Positions 19,594 to 28,907 of a DNA stretch of 64,000 nt are shown here, piece after piece (the first letter of the stretch is position 1; every line of letters begins with the position of its first letter). The notes beneath the pieces were generated by a model that did not search any database, had not been told where the DNA came from, and worked only from the letters and a program-made list of their open reading frames with translations. Position numbers and translations under genes: made by a program. The stretch lies in NCBI GenBank assembly GCA_041687695.1, contig JAWLBL010000037.1, positions 1-64,000 on the forward strand. Reading direction: 5' to 3'. The stretch comes from Myxococcota bacterium (GTDB lineage: Bacteria > Myxococcota_A > UBA9042 > PHBI01 > JAWLBL01).

Positions 19594-20339
19594 GGCGCGC
19601 CTCCGCCCTCGAGCTCCTCGGCCTCGGGGACGGCCGTGATGAAGGTCTCGATCTCCAGGGTCTTGAGGGCCTGGCCGCGCTCGGACCAGGTCAGCCGGAC
19701 GACCAGCTTGCGGGTGCTCTTGGCGGCCTGCTCGATGATGCTGGGGATGAAGCCGGCGATCATCGGGATGTTCATGCACATGCGCTGCAGGTTGATGTCG
19801 CAGACCCGCGCGAAGGGGCCGGTCGGGTCGGCCAGGGCGGCGAGCGCGGCCAGCGAGGCGGCCTGCATGTCCAGGCTCTCGAGGGTCTGGCCGATGTCGG
19901 GCGTCGCGTCGCCGGACCGAGGGTCGCCGCCCGCCGCGCCGCCGCCGAGGCCGCCGCAGAAGGTCATGAGCGGCGAGCTGCCGACGAGCGAGTTGGCCTG
20001 CTCGCCGAGGGCGGCCAGGTTGTCGGCGGCGACGTCGACGGCGAGCAGGTCGTACTCGCAGTCGAAGCCCTCGAAGCCGCGCGGGAGATCGCAGCGGCGG
20101 CCCTCGACCGAGTTGGTCGAGAAGCCCTCGAGGCGGTACTCCTCCTCGAGGTCCAGCACGACGCCGTGCATCAGCTGGGTGGCCGTCGTCAGGTTGTAGA
20201 CGCGCGCGCCGTGGAGCAGCGACGAGCCCTGGGTCGAGCTGATGGCCGCCATCAGGAAGGCCAGGATGGCCAGGGCGACCATGACCTCGAGCAGCGTGAA
20301 GCCGCGGCGGGCGGCCCTGTGGAGGCGGCGCGCGGTCAT
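19590..20339 (-). CDS. gspI: Type II secretion minor pseudopilin GspI (long form)
   Basis: RRG/FTLLEVMVALAI; ATG 20339 overlaps the gspH stop; C-terminal RKLVVRLTW. Confidence 0.85.
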   Translation of the reverse strand: MTARRLHRAARRGFTLLEVMVALAILAFLMAAISSTQGSSLLHGARVYNLTTATQLMHGVVLDLEEEYRLEGFSTNSVEGRRCDLPRGFEGFDCEYDLLAVDVAADNLAALGEQANSLVGSSPLMTFCGGLGGGAAGGDPRSGDATPDIGQTLESLDMQAASLAALAALADPTGPFARVCDINLQRMCMNIPMIAGFIPSIIEQAAKSTRKLVVRLTWSERGQALKTLEIETFITAVPEAEELEGGGAP

Positions 20340-21082
20340 TCCTTGGGGCTCTCCCGCAGGAAGCGGTCCTCGCTCAGCACGTCCTGGTGGCGCTTGACGT
20401 GGCCCATCAGGCCCTGCAGCTCGAGGGTGACCAGGGGCTGGTCGTCCTCGCCCTCGTGGGACGCCGCCTCGCCCAGCCAGATGTAGGCCCGCTCGGCGTA
20501 GCCACCCGGGAAGAAGTGGATGTAGGCGGTGCCCTCGGTCTGGGCCGCCTGGTGGTGCGAGGTGATGACGCCGGTGACCTTGATGCCCGGCGGCATCGCG
20601 CGCGGCGCGAGGAGGTTGTCCTTCTGCGCCGCGAAGCTGGCCGTCGGCCGGGGGGCCTCGTCCTCGTCGTCGTCGAAGCGGTCGCTGCGGGAGGCGAGGC
20701 CGGTCAGCGCCTGCTCGCCCGAGCTCTCGGGCATGTACTGCGCGCAGGGGTCGTCGCTCTCGAGGGCTTCGCCCCAGACCTTGCCGCCGTCCATGTCGAC
20801 GACCAGGCGGTAGGTCGTGTTGTTGACGATGGCGAGGTTGTAGAGGTAGCGCATCTGGGCGGCCATCATGCCGCCCGCCTTCTTGAGGTCGGCGCGCCGG
20901 ATGTTGGTGATGCTCATCGTCACGAAGGTGATGACGATGGCGATGAGCACGAGGGCGACGCCTAGCTCGATGAGGGTGAAGCCGCGCGCGCCCCGGAGGC
21001 CGGACGGACCCCACCCGCGCGCGCCGGGGCGCGCTGGGACACGCGCCGGGAGTGCGCGCGGGCTGGGGGTTCCGGTGGGCAT
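20336..21082 (-). CDS. gspH: Type II secretion minor pseudopilin GspH
   Basis: RG/FTLIELGVAL, IHFFPGG and LMGHVK; position in the operon. Confidence 0.85.
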   Translation of the reverse strand: MPTGTPSPRALPARVPARPGARGWGPSGLRGARGFTLIELGVALVLIAIVITFVTMSITNIRRADLKKAGGMMAAQMRYLYNLAIVNNTTYRLVVDMDGGKVWGEALESDDPCAQYMPESSGEQALTGLASRSDRFDDDEDEAPRPTASFAAQKDNLLAPRAMPPGIKVTGVITSHHQAAQTEGTAYIHFFPGGYAERAYIWLGEAASHEGEDDQPLVTLELQGLMGHVKRHQDVLSEDRFLRESPKE

Positions 21083-21128
21083 CGTCGTCGGGGCTCCATG
21101 ACAGCGTGGAGGACGCCGGGGCGGCGCG

Positions 21129-21533
21129 TCAGTCGTTGCAGATGTCGTCGTCGTTGCCCTCGACCTTGTCGGGGCCCTTCGAGCACAGGTCGTACTCGAA
21201 GCCGTCGCGGCGGCCCGGGTAGGCGTAGACGAAGTCCTGCTGCCACGGGTCCTTGAGCTGCTTTTCCTTGATGAGGTTCGCGTCGACGACCGTGCGCAGG
21301 TCGGTCGGGAAGTCGTTCTCGGCGGCGTACAGGTCGACCGCGTTGCTCATCGTGCGGATCTGCGCCTTGGTGGCGTCGATCTTCGACTTCTTCATGTAGT
21401 TGACGACACCGAACCCGATGGCGGTCGAGAGGATGCCGATGATGGCGATGACCACCATGATCTCGATGAGCGTCATGCCGCGCTGGGCGGCGAGCTGGGC
21501 GCGGAGCCGGGGGTCAGTCGAGTGCAGTCGCAT
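21129..21533 (-). CDS. gspG: Type II secretion major pseudopilin GspG
   Basis: QRG/MTLIEIMVVIAI, KDPW..FVY..PG and YDLCSKGPDKVEGNDDDI. Confidence 0.93.
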   Translation of the reverse strand: MRLHSTDPRLRAQLAAQRGMTLIEIMVVIAIIGILSTAIGFGVVNYMKKSKIDATKAQIRTMSNAVDLYAAENDFPTDLRTVVDANLIKEKQLKDPWQQDFVYAYPGRRDGFEYDLCSKGPDKVEGNDDDICND

Positions 21534-21801
21534 GGGCGCTCTCCAAAGCAGTCGGCGGTGCCGAAGGGAACTCGGGGACGAGGGGAGACAGGGTCGGGTC
21601 GACCGCGGCCGCGTCGAGCGGGACGGCCTCGAGGGTCTCGGCGCCGAGCGAGGCGGGCGGGCGCCGCGCCGGGGTGCCGAGGGCGGTCGCGGCGAAGGCC
21701 GCGATGCAGCAGGCGATGAACGCCGTGATGGTGACGACGAGCCAGAGCTCGCGCGTCGGGATGTCGAGCAGGTCGGCGACGCGGCGCATGTCAGCCTCCA
21801 C
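21514..21801 (-). CDS. Small membrane protein between gspF and gspG
   Basis: 95-aa ORF overlapping both neighbours; one TM (LWLVVTITAFIACCIAAFAATAL). Start may be 21789. Confidence 0.6.
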   Translation of the reverse strand: MEADMRRVADLLDIPTRELWLVVTITAFIACCIAAFAATALGTPARRPPASLGAETLEAVPLDAAAVDPTLSPLVPEFPSAPPTALESAHATALD

Positions 21802-23050
21802 CCGAGGAGATGGCCTCGTTCATGTCCATCATGGGCATCAGGATGGCGAAGACGAGGAAGGCCACTGACAGGCCCATGAGCACGATCATGACCGGCTCGA
21901 GGGCGCTGGTGAGCTGTTGGATCTTGCTCTCGACCTGGATGTCGTAGCTGTCGGCGACGTTGCCCAGCATCGACTCGAGCTGCCCGGACTTCTCGCCGAC
22001 CGAGATCATGTGGGTGACCATCGGCGGGAACTCCTTGGAGGCTTTGAGGGGCTCGGCGATGGACTGGCCCTCTTTGACGGCCTCGCGGGCGGCCTCGACG
22101 ACCTTGGCGAGGGTCTCGTTGCTCATGATGGACTTGACGATGCCCATCGCGGTCAGGATGGGGACGCCCGAGTGGAGCAGGGTCGACAGGGTGCGCGAGA
22201 AGCGGGCGATGGAGAGATCGCGGATGAGGCGGCCGAAGACGGGGACCTTGAGGACCATGCGGTCCCAGGTGGCCCGGCCGCCCTCGGTCTTGCGCCACTT
22301 GTTGAAGGCCGCGCTGCCGCCGAAGATCCCGAGGAAGATGAGCGGCCAGAAGGTCTGGAAGAACTCGCTGGTGCCGATGAGGATCTTGGTGATCATCGGC
22401 AGCTCGGTCCCCATCTCCGTGAACATCTCGGAGATCTTGGGGACGACGAAGAGCATCATCAGCGTGACGATGCCGAAGCCCAGGAAGACCATGATGATGG
22501 GGTACATCATGGCGCCCATCAGCTTGGCCTTCAGACGGACCTGCGCTTCGGTGAGGTCGGCGAGGCGCTCGAAGACGATGTCGAGGTTGCCCGAGCTCTC
22601 GCCGGCCCCGACCATGTTGACGAAGAGGTCGGTGAAGACCTTGGGGTGCTCTTTCAAGGCGTTGGCGAGCGAGGAGCCCTCGGAGACCGAGCGCTTCACC
22701 TGGCTCAGCACGCGCTTGAGCTTGGGGTTCTCGTGCTGCTCGGAGACCGCGCCGAGGCCCTCGACCAGCGGGATGCCCGAGCGGACGAGCGTCGCGAGCT
22801 GCCGGGTGACCTCGGCGACCTCGATGAGCTTGATGCGCTTGAGCGCGTCACCCAGGCGCACGTCGCGCGAGCCGGCCTGCTGCCCGCCGACCGTGCGCTT
22901 TTCGCCCTTGCGGCTGGTCTCGGTGTACTGCGACAGGAAGATCCCGTCGCGCTGCAGGCGCTCTTTGAGCACACGCGGGCTGTCGGCATCGAGGATGCCC
23001 GTGACCGGCTTGCCCTTGGCGCTGAGGCCTTTGTATTCGTAGATGGGCAT
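21791..23050 (-). CDS. gspF: Type II secretion inner-membrane protein GspF
   Basis: MPIYEYKG, TRQLATLVRSGIPL, AGESSGNL, MMYP, VGEKSGQL and LEP; three TMs. Confidence 0.95.
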   Translation of the reverse strand: MPIYEYKGLSAKGKPVTGILDADSPRVLKERLQRDGIFLSQYTETSRKGEKRTVGGQQAGSRDVRLGDALKRIKLIEVAEVTRQLATLVRSGIPLVEGLGAVSEQHENPKLKRVLSQVKRSVSEGSSLANALKEHPKVFTDLFVNMVGAGESSGNLDIVFERLADLTEAQVRLKAKLMGAMMYPIIMVFLGFGIVTLMMLFVVPKISEMFTEMGTELPMITKILIGTSEFFQTFWPLIFLGIFGGSAAFNKWRKTEGGRATWDRMVLKVPVFGRLIRDLSIARFSRTLSTLLHSGVPILTAMGIVKSIMSNETLAKVVEAAREAVKEGQSIAEPLKASKEFPPMVTHMISVGEKSGQLESMLGNVADSYDIQVESKIQQLTSALEPVMIVLMGLSVAFLVFAILMPMMDMNEAISSGGG

Positions 23051-23060
23051 CGGGCGACCT

Positions 23061-24800
23061 CTACGCGTCCTCGGCGGTGACGCGCATGACCTCGTCGATG
23101 GTCGTGTGACCCATCAGCACCTTGAGGGCGCCGTCCTCGCGCAGGGTCTTCATGCCGGCCGCCATGGCGGCCCGCTTGAGCTCGCTGGCCGGCGCGTTCT
23201 TCATGACCAGCGAGCGCACCTCGTCGCCGACCAGCATCAGCTCGTGGATGCCCATACGGCCGCGGTAGCCGCTGTGGACGCACTCGTGACATCCGACGGC
23301 GCGGTAGAAGGTGTTGTCGGCCAGGACCTTCTCGGGCTCCTTGAAGCCGAGCTGGATGAGCTCGTCGAGCAGCGGCCGGTAGGGCTCCTTGCAGTGCTTG
23401 CAGACTTGGCGGACCAGGCGCTGCGCCATGATGGCGATGACCGAGGACGCCGACAGGAACGGCTCGACGCCCATGTCGGTCAGACGCGTGAAGGCGCCCG
23501 GGGCGTCGTTGGTGTGCAGCGTCGCGAACACGAGGTGGCCGGTGAGCGCGGCCTGGATGGCGTTCTCGGCCGTCTCGAGGTCGCGGATCTCGCCGATGAG
23601 CACGACGTCGGGGTCCTGACGGAGGATGGCGCGCAGGCCGCGGGCGAAGGTAAAGTCGATCTTGCGATTGACCTGCATCTGCCCGATGCCCTGCAGCTGG
23701 TACTCGACCGGGTCCTCGATGGTCAGGATGTTGCGGTCGGGCGTGTTGATGGCGCTGAGGGCGGCGTACAGCGTCGTCGTCTTGCCGGAGCCGGTCGGGC
23801 CGGTCACCAGGATGATGCCGTGGGGCCGGACGATGAGGCTGCTGATGGTCTTGAGGTTCTCGGACCGGAAGCCGAGCTGCTCGAGGTCGAGCACGACCGT
23901 CTGCTTGTCGAGGATACGCAGCACGATCCGCTCGCCGTAGCTGGTCGGGACGGTCGACAGACGCAGGTCGACGTCGCGGCCGGCGATCTTGATGCGGATG
24001 CGGCCGTCCTGCGGCAGGCGCTTCTCGGCGATGTTCAGGCCGCCCATGATCTTGATGCGGCTGGCGATGGACGCCTGGAACTTCTTGGGCGCGCGGACGA
24101 TCTCTTTCAGCACGCCGTCCTTGCGGAAGCGCACGATGATGTCGCGCTCGAACGGCTCGATGTGGATGTCGCTCGCGCGCTCCTTGATGGCCTGGCTGAG
24201 GACCGAGTTGACCAGGCGGATGATGGGCGCCTCGTCGTCCTCGTCGAGGATGTCCTTGGTCTGCTCCTCGAGGTCGTGGGCGAGGGTGCCGAGGTCCTCT
24301 TCGTTCAGATCGTCGACGACCTGGTCGGCGCCCGCGCGGCGGTCGAAGACGCGGTGCATGGCCGCGTTGACCTGCGCCGCCGGAGCCACGACGAGGTCGA
24401 CCTCTTGATCGAACAGGACGCGCAGGTCGTCGACGGCGAAGGTGTTGAGCGGGTCCGAGACGGCGACGCGCAGGACCACGCCGTCCGAGGACAGCGGGAT
24501 GAGCCCGTTCTGGCGCACGTAGGCGAGCGACAGCGGGGCGACCAGCTTGGGATCGATGGACTCGGCGTCGATGGTCGCGGCGAACTCGTAGCCGCACTGG
24601 TCGGCCAAGGCCTGCGCGAGCTGAGCCTCGTCCACCGCCTTCATCGACAGCAGGATCTCGCCGAGGCGCCCGCCCTTGTCGGCCTGGACCTCGAGGGCGG
24701 ACGCGATCGTCTCGGCGGAGACGGCGCCCATCCCGACGAGGATCTCGCCGATGCGGGCGGGGGCGAAGTGCGACGAGGCGCTGGCCTGCGGCGAAGTCAT
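23061..24800 (-). CDS. gspE: Type II secretion ATPase GspE
   Basis: ASDIHIEP, LPQDGRI, GPTGSGKTTT, EDPVE, LRQDPD, TGHLV.TLH and two CxxC motifs. Confidence 0.96.
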   Translation of the reverse strand: MTSPQASASSHFAPARIGEILVGMGAVSAETIASALEVQADKGGRLGEILLSMKAVDEAQLAQALADQCGYEFAATIDAESIDPKLVAPLSLAYVRQNGLIPLSSDGVVLRVAVSDPLNTFAVDDLRVLFDQEVDLVVAPAAQVNAAMHRVFDRRAGADQVVDDLNEEDLGTLAHDLEEQTKDILDEDDEAPIIRLVNSVLSQAIKERASDIHIEPFERDIIVRFRKDGVLKEIVRAPKKFQASIASRIKIMGGLNIAEKRLPQDGRIRIKIAGRDVDLRLSTVPTSYGERIVLRILDKQTVVLDLEQLGFRSENLKTISSLIVRPHGIILVTGPTGSGKTTTLYAALSAINTPDRNILTIEDPVEYQLQGIGQMQVNRKIDFTFARGLRAILRQDPDVVLIGEIRDLETAENAIQAALTGHLVFATLHTNDAPGAFTRLTDMGVEPFLSASSVIAIMAQRLVRQVCKHCKEPYRPLLDELIQLGFKEPEKVLADNTFYRAVGCHECVHSGYRGRMGIHELMLVGDEVRSLVMKNAPASELKRAAMAAGMKTLREDGALKVLMGHTTIDEVMRVTAEDA

Positions 24801-24807
24801 GCGGCGC

Positions 24808-27660
24808 TTACTCCTCGAGCGGCTCGAGCGCGTCGTCGTCGACGTCGCTCGGCGCGGGAAGGGGCGGGGTGACGGCCGGCGCGGGGGCCGGGGCGACCGG
24901 CGCGGGCGGGACGACGACCGGCGGCGCGCCCGCGGGGACGGGCTCGACGGGCGGCGCGGCGCGCAGCGGGTCGTACTCGATGTCGTGGGTCTCCGGCGGG
25001 CCGACGCGGTCGACCTCGGAGGACTCGAAGACGGCCTGCTCGCGGAGCAGGCGCTCGGACTCGGCGTCGGCGACCGTCTGGCGGACGGCCTCGAGCAGGC
25101 CGACCTTCTTGCGGTAGTCGAGGCGGCCCTCGAACTCTTTCTTGCGCTCGGCCATGACGCGCGCGAACTCGCGGTACTCCTCGCGGCGCTCGTCGTGGAT
25201 GCGCTTGAGATCGCTGGGGTCGCGGATGACGTGCGGGATGATGATGAGCAGGAGGTTGCGCTTCTCCACGGTGGTGTCGGTCTGGCGGAAGATGAGGCCG
25301 ATGACCGGGACGTCGCCGAGGAAGGGCACCTTCTTGACCGAGCGGGTCTCCTGGTCGCGCATCAGGCCGCCGATGACCACCGGCTGGCCGTCGCGGACGA
25401 CCACGACGTTGTTGACGCGCCGCTTGGAGGTGATGGGCGCCCCGCCCGGACCCGTGCCGTCGAAGTTGTCGAGGCTCTGCTGGATCTCGAGGCGGACGAA
25501 GTCGCTGGAGTTCACCTGCGGCTTGATCTTGAGCGTGAGATCGATGTCCACGTACTGGACGGCGCCGCCGAGGCCGCCGAGCCCACCGAGGGCCCCCAGC
25601 GCGCCGAGGCCGCCCAGGCCGCCCAGGGTCGAGTCGGTCCCCGTGGCGCCGCCGAGCAGACCGCCCAGGCCGCCGAGGCCGCCCAGCCCGCCGAGGCCGC
25701 CCAGGGTCTGCGAGACGTAGGGCTGGCGCTGGCCGACCTGAATCTCGGCCTCTTCGTTGTCCAGGGTCAGCACGTGCGGCGCCGACAGCACGTTGGCGTT
25801 CGTGTTGGTCTGCAGCGCGCGCAGCAGGAAGCCGAAGGCGGGGATCGAGAAGGTGCCGCCGCCGGTCGTGCCGCCGGTGGAGCCCGCGGACAGGTCGACC
25901 AGCGGCCCCTGCAGGCCGATGGCGCCGCCGCCGGCGTTGAGCGTCGACAGGGCCGAGTTGACGTCGAGGCCGAGCCCGCCGACGCCGAAGAGCAGGGGCA
26001 GCACCTCGCCGTCGGACTCGAAGGTGGTGCCGCCCGAGCCGCTCAGACCGAGCTGGCGCTGCTTGGTCTGGCTGATCTCCATGATGATCGCCTCGACGTA
26101 GACCTGCTTGCGCTGCACGTCGAGCTGGCGAATCACGCGCTGGAGCGACAGGTAGTCCTTCAGCGACGACTCGATGACCAGGGCGTTGGTCGGCTGGTAG
26201 GCGGTGATCTTGATCTCGCCCTCGAACAGCGAGCCCGCCGCGGCGGCGGCGGCGGCCTGGTTGCCGCCACGGGCCCCGGCGGCGGGGCGGCGCGCGGCCC
26301 CCGCGCCCTGGGTCAGGCTGGACAGGGTCTGCGAGATCTCCTCGGCGTCGGCGTGCTCGAGGTAGTGGATGTGGATCTGGCCCTCGCCCGGGATGGGCAC
26401 GTCGAGCTTGCGGATGATGCGGTCGATGCGCAGGTACTCGGCGCGGCTCGCGACGATGATGATCGAGTTGGTGCGCTCGACCGCCAGCATCTTGCTGATC
26501 GTCAGCTGCGTGGGGTCGCCGCCGGAGGGGCTGTCACCGACCACGGCCGCCGCCTGCTGCTGGGGCGCCGCCGCACGGCCGCGCGGCGTGGGGCGCGTCG
26601 GGCGGGTCGGCGTCGTCGGGCGCGCCGTGGCCGTGCCGGTCCCGAACAGCTCGTTCAGGATGGTGACGATCTCGTTGGCGTCGGCGTACTGGACGGGACG
26701 AATCCAGATCTTCTCCTTGCCGAGCGGCACGTCGAGCTCACGCAGGAGCCGAAGCAGCCGATCGATGTTCGCCCCCGTGTCCGTCATGATGATGGTGTTG
26801 GTGGGCGCGTAGACGGCCAGGTCGCCGGCCTTGCCCTTGAACCGATCGAGCACCGGCAGGATTTCCTCGGCCTGCAGGTGCTCGAGCTGGATGAGGCGCG
26901 TGACGATGACGTCCGTGGCCGGCTGCCGCTGGTTGGGGCCGTAGATGGGCGCGCCTTCCTGCCGGGCCTCGCCGGTCGGGACGATCTCGAGGAAGTTGCC
27001 CTTGGGCACGACCGTCAGGCCGGCCGCCTCGAGGGCGCTCAGGTAGGCGCGGTAGGCCTCGTACACCGTGACCGGGCGCGGGCTGAGGATGCTGACCGTC
27101 TGGGCCCGCGCGCCGCCGGTGAGCAGGAAGTTCTGCTCGGTGATGCACGAGATGAACTTGGTCAGGTCGTCGAGCGTGATCTGGTTGAAGTCCAGGCGGA
27201 TGCGCGCGTTGAGCGGCAGCTTCTGGCAGCGGACGCCCTGCTCGAAGTTGGTGCGCCACTCGATGACGTCCTCGACGGGCGTCTCGCCGTCCGCGCCCGG
27301 CTGTGCGCCGTTTTGCCCGAAGGTGCGCGGGTCGAACTGGATGCGCCCCTGCTGCTCGACGTCGAGCGTGCCGGGGCGGCCCTGCGTCCGGATGACGCGT
27401 CCGTCGCCGTCGGTGGCCGGCTCGCCGTCCTTGCCACCGCCCTGGGCCGCGGGGAGCGGCGCCGGGACGACGCGCGGGCTGGACGGCTGGTTGTTCGGCG
27501 TGATGACCGGCGGCGTCGTCCCCGGACGCACCGCCGGGCGATCGGGGAGCGTCCCGGCCCCGCCCGGAGGTGGCGTACGCTGCGCGCTTGCGTCGCTCGG
27601 CAGCCCGAGGAGCGTCGCGGCCACGGCGGCGAGGGCGAGGCGGACGTTTGCGTGTCTCAT
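24808..27660 (-). CDS. gspD: Type II secretion secretin GspD
   Basis: Signal peptide, N0-N3 domains, QVYVEAIIMEI, VLSAPHVLTLDNEEAEI and KVPFLGDVPVIGLIF. Confidence 0.95.
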   Translation of the reverse strand: MRHANVRLALAAVAATLLGLPSDASAQRTPPPGGAGTLPDRPAVRPGTTPPVITPNNQPSSPRVVPAPLPAAQGGGKDGEPATDGDGRVIRTQGRPGTLDVEQQGRIQFDPRTFGQNGAQPGADGETPVEDVIEWRTNFEQGVRCQKLPLNARIRLDFNQITLDDLTKFISCITEQNFLLTGGARAQTVSILSPRPVTVYEAYRAYLSALEAAGLTVVPKGNFLEIVPTGEARQEGAPIYGPNQRQPATDVIVTRLIQLEHLQAEEILPVLDRFKGKAGDLAVYAPTNTIIMTDTGANIDRLLRLLRELDVPLGKEKIWIRPVQYADANEIVTILNELFGTGTATARPTTPTRPTRPTPRGRAAAPQQQAAAVVGDSPSGGDPTQLTISKMLAVERTNSIIIVASRAEYLRIDRIIRKLDVPIPGEGQIHIHYLEHADAEEISQTLSSLTQGAGAARRPAAGARGGNQAAAAAAAGSLFEGEIKITAYQPTNALVIESSLKDYLSLQRVIRQLDVQRKQVYVEAIIMEISQTKQRQLGLSGSGGTTFESDGEVLPLLFGVGGLGLDVNSALSTLNAGGGAIGLQGPLVDLSAGSTGGTTGGGTFSIPAFGFLLRALQTNTNANVLSAPHVLTLDNEEAEIQVGQRQPYVSQTLGGLGGLGGLGGLGGLLGGATGTDSTLGGLGGLGALGALGGLGGLGGAVQYVDIDLTLKIKPQVNSSDFVRLEIQQSLDNFDGTGPGGAPITSKRRVNNVVVVRDGQPVVIGGLMRDQETRSVKKVPFLGDVPVIGLIFRQTDTTVEKRNLLLIIIPHVIRDPSDLKRIHDERREEYREFARVMAERKKEFEGRLDYRKKVGLLEAVRQTVADAESERLLREQAVFESSEVDRVGPPETHDIEYDPLRAAPPVEPVPAGAPPVVVPPAPVAPAPAPAVTPPLPAPSDVDDDALEPLEE
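25561..25705. repeat. 9-bp coding repeats (Gly-Gly-Leu) within gspD
   Basis: Encodes LGGLGGLGGLGGLGGLLGG...LGGLGGLGALGALGGLGGLGG. Confidence 0.85.
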
Positions 27661-27757
27661 GCGGCTTTCGACCTGGGGGACGGAGGTTCGGTAGGTGGGG
27701 CGGTGGGCGTGGGGGGCGAGCCGGGCGTTCGGCGCGCGCCCCCGGGCCGCGGCGGGG

Positions 27758-28768
27758 CTACTTGATGTTGTAGTTGAGCTGCTTGGTCTGACCGCGCCGC
27801 TCGACCTCGAGCGAGATGCTCGCCGAGCTCTTGAGCTTCTCGAACAGCTCGATGGCCTTGTTGGGGCTGTCGATGGGGCGGCCGTTGATCGACTTGATGA
27901 CGTCGCCCGAGCGGATGCCGATGGTGCGGTACAGGCTGCCGGGGCGGACGCCGACCAGCTTGAAGCCCTCGTACTTGCCCCCGCGGTAGTTGGGGACGAT
28001 GCGCGCCTCGCGGCCGAGCGAGCTGAGGTCCTGCAGCTGCTGGTCGAGCATGCTGCGGTCGATCTCGTAGTCGTAGGCGCCCGTCTTCTTCACGCCCTTG
28101 GCGTAGTCGGGCTTGTCGCTCTGCGAGGTGGCGGGGGCGGCGGGCGTCGGCGGGCGGCCTCGGGGCGGAGGCGTGGCGGTCCCCGGGCGTCCGGGGATCG
28201 GTCGGCCGCCGGGCGCGGTGGCCTGGGCCTGCCGCTCGGTCCACAGGCGGATGATCTTGCGGGCGCCGCTCTCGTCGATGACCACGTGGCGCGGCGCGAT
28301 GGACAGCACCTTCGCCTTGCCGTCCATCACCTCGGAGCCGACCCACGCGAGCTTCGTCTCGCCCTCGATGGACAGTGTGGCGATGGAGGTCGCGACGTCG
28401 CCGGCCACCATCGTGCCCATCAGATCGATGGGCAGCGTGCTCTCCTCGAGCTCGCCCGAAGGGGGCTCGGGCTTCTCTTCGACCGGGGGAACCTCGCCGC
28501 CGTCGTCCGGGGGCTCCTCGGGCTCGGGGAGGTCCAGCATGAAGACGCGCCGCTCGTCGAGCGCGCTCGCCACGTCCGGCCCCTTGACCCGCCCCAGCGT
28601 GGGCTTGCCGTCGGCCCCGTCGCCGCCCGGCGTGCCGGCCTGGGCCGACGGGACCGCGAACAGCTGGGCCGCGAGGTACCCGTTGATGCCGGTCGCCACG
28701 AGCCACGCCATGACGGCGATGGCCACGAGGTTGACGATCCAGAAGTAGCGCTTGAGTAGGGCGTCCAT
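27758..28768 (-). CDS. gspC: Type II secretion protein GspC with a PDZ domain
   Basis: N-terminal TM, HR domain (IDLMGT...IATL), ARIVP, GFKL and GIRSGDVIKSING. Confidence 0.93.
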   Translation of the reverse strand: MDALLKRYFWIVNLVAIAVMAWLVATGINGYLAAQLFAVPSAQAGTPGGDGADGKPTLGRVKGPDVASALDERRVFMLDLPEPEEPPDDGGEVPPVEEKPEPPSGELEESTLPIDLMGTMVAGDVATSIATLSIEGETKLAWVGSEVMDGKAKVLSIAPRHVVIDESGARKIIRLWTERQAQATAPGGRPIPGRPGTATPPPRGRPPTPAAPATSQSDKPDYAKGVKKTGAYDYEIDRSMLDQQLQDLSSLGREARIVPNYRGGKYEGFKLVGVRPGSLYRTIGIRSGDVIKSINGRPIDSPNKAIELFEKLKSSASISLEVERRGQTKQLNYNIK

Positions 28769-28783
28769 GGCGCTCGCTCGAGA

Positions 28784-28799
28784 TGCAAATGGTGTGCCG
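28784..28799 (-). promoter_or_regulatory. Candidate sigma54 (-24/-12) promoter of the gsp operon
   Basis: Minus strand CGGCACACCATTTGCA is GG-N10-GC and near consensus (TGGCAC-N5-TTGCW), 15 bp upstream of the gspC ATG. Confidence 0.78.
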
Positions 28800-28853
28800 C
28801 CCGCGCACGGTAGACGTTACGCGGACTTACGCGATTCCCTATGGCCCCGCGAC

Positions 28854-28907
28854 CGCCAAATTGGCAAGGTCGAGCGCAGCATCTTGCTGGGGGGTGCCAA
28901 AATGTCA
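28854..28907. promoter_or_regulatory. Pair of candidate enhancer-binding-protein sites
   Basis: cgccaaattggca (28854-28866) and tgccaaaatgtca (28895-28907), 41 bp apart, upstream of the sigma54 motif. Confidence 0.6.

Noticed and set aside
13192..28768. Cluster as a type IV pilus or Tad/Kil system
   Set aside because: GspC with PDZ, GspG, GspK and GspN signatures and the C-to-N gene order fit T2SS. No PilT, TadA/CpaF or Flp genes are present.
28883..28900. A second sigma54 box TTGGCACCCCCCAGCA upstream of gspC
   Set aside because: The GG-to-GC spacing is 9 nt, not the required 10.
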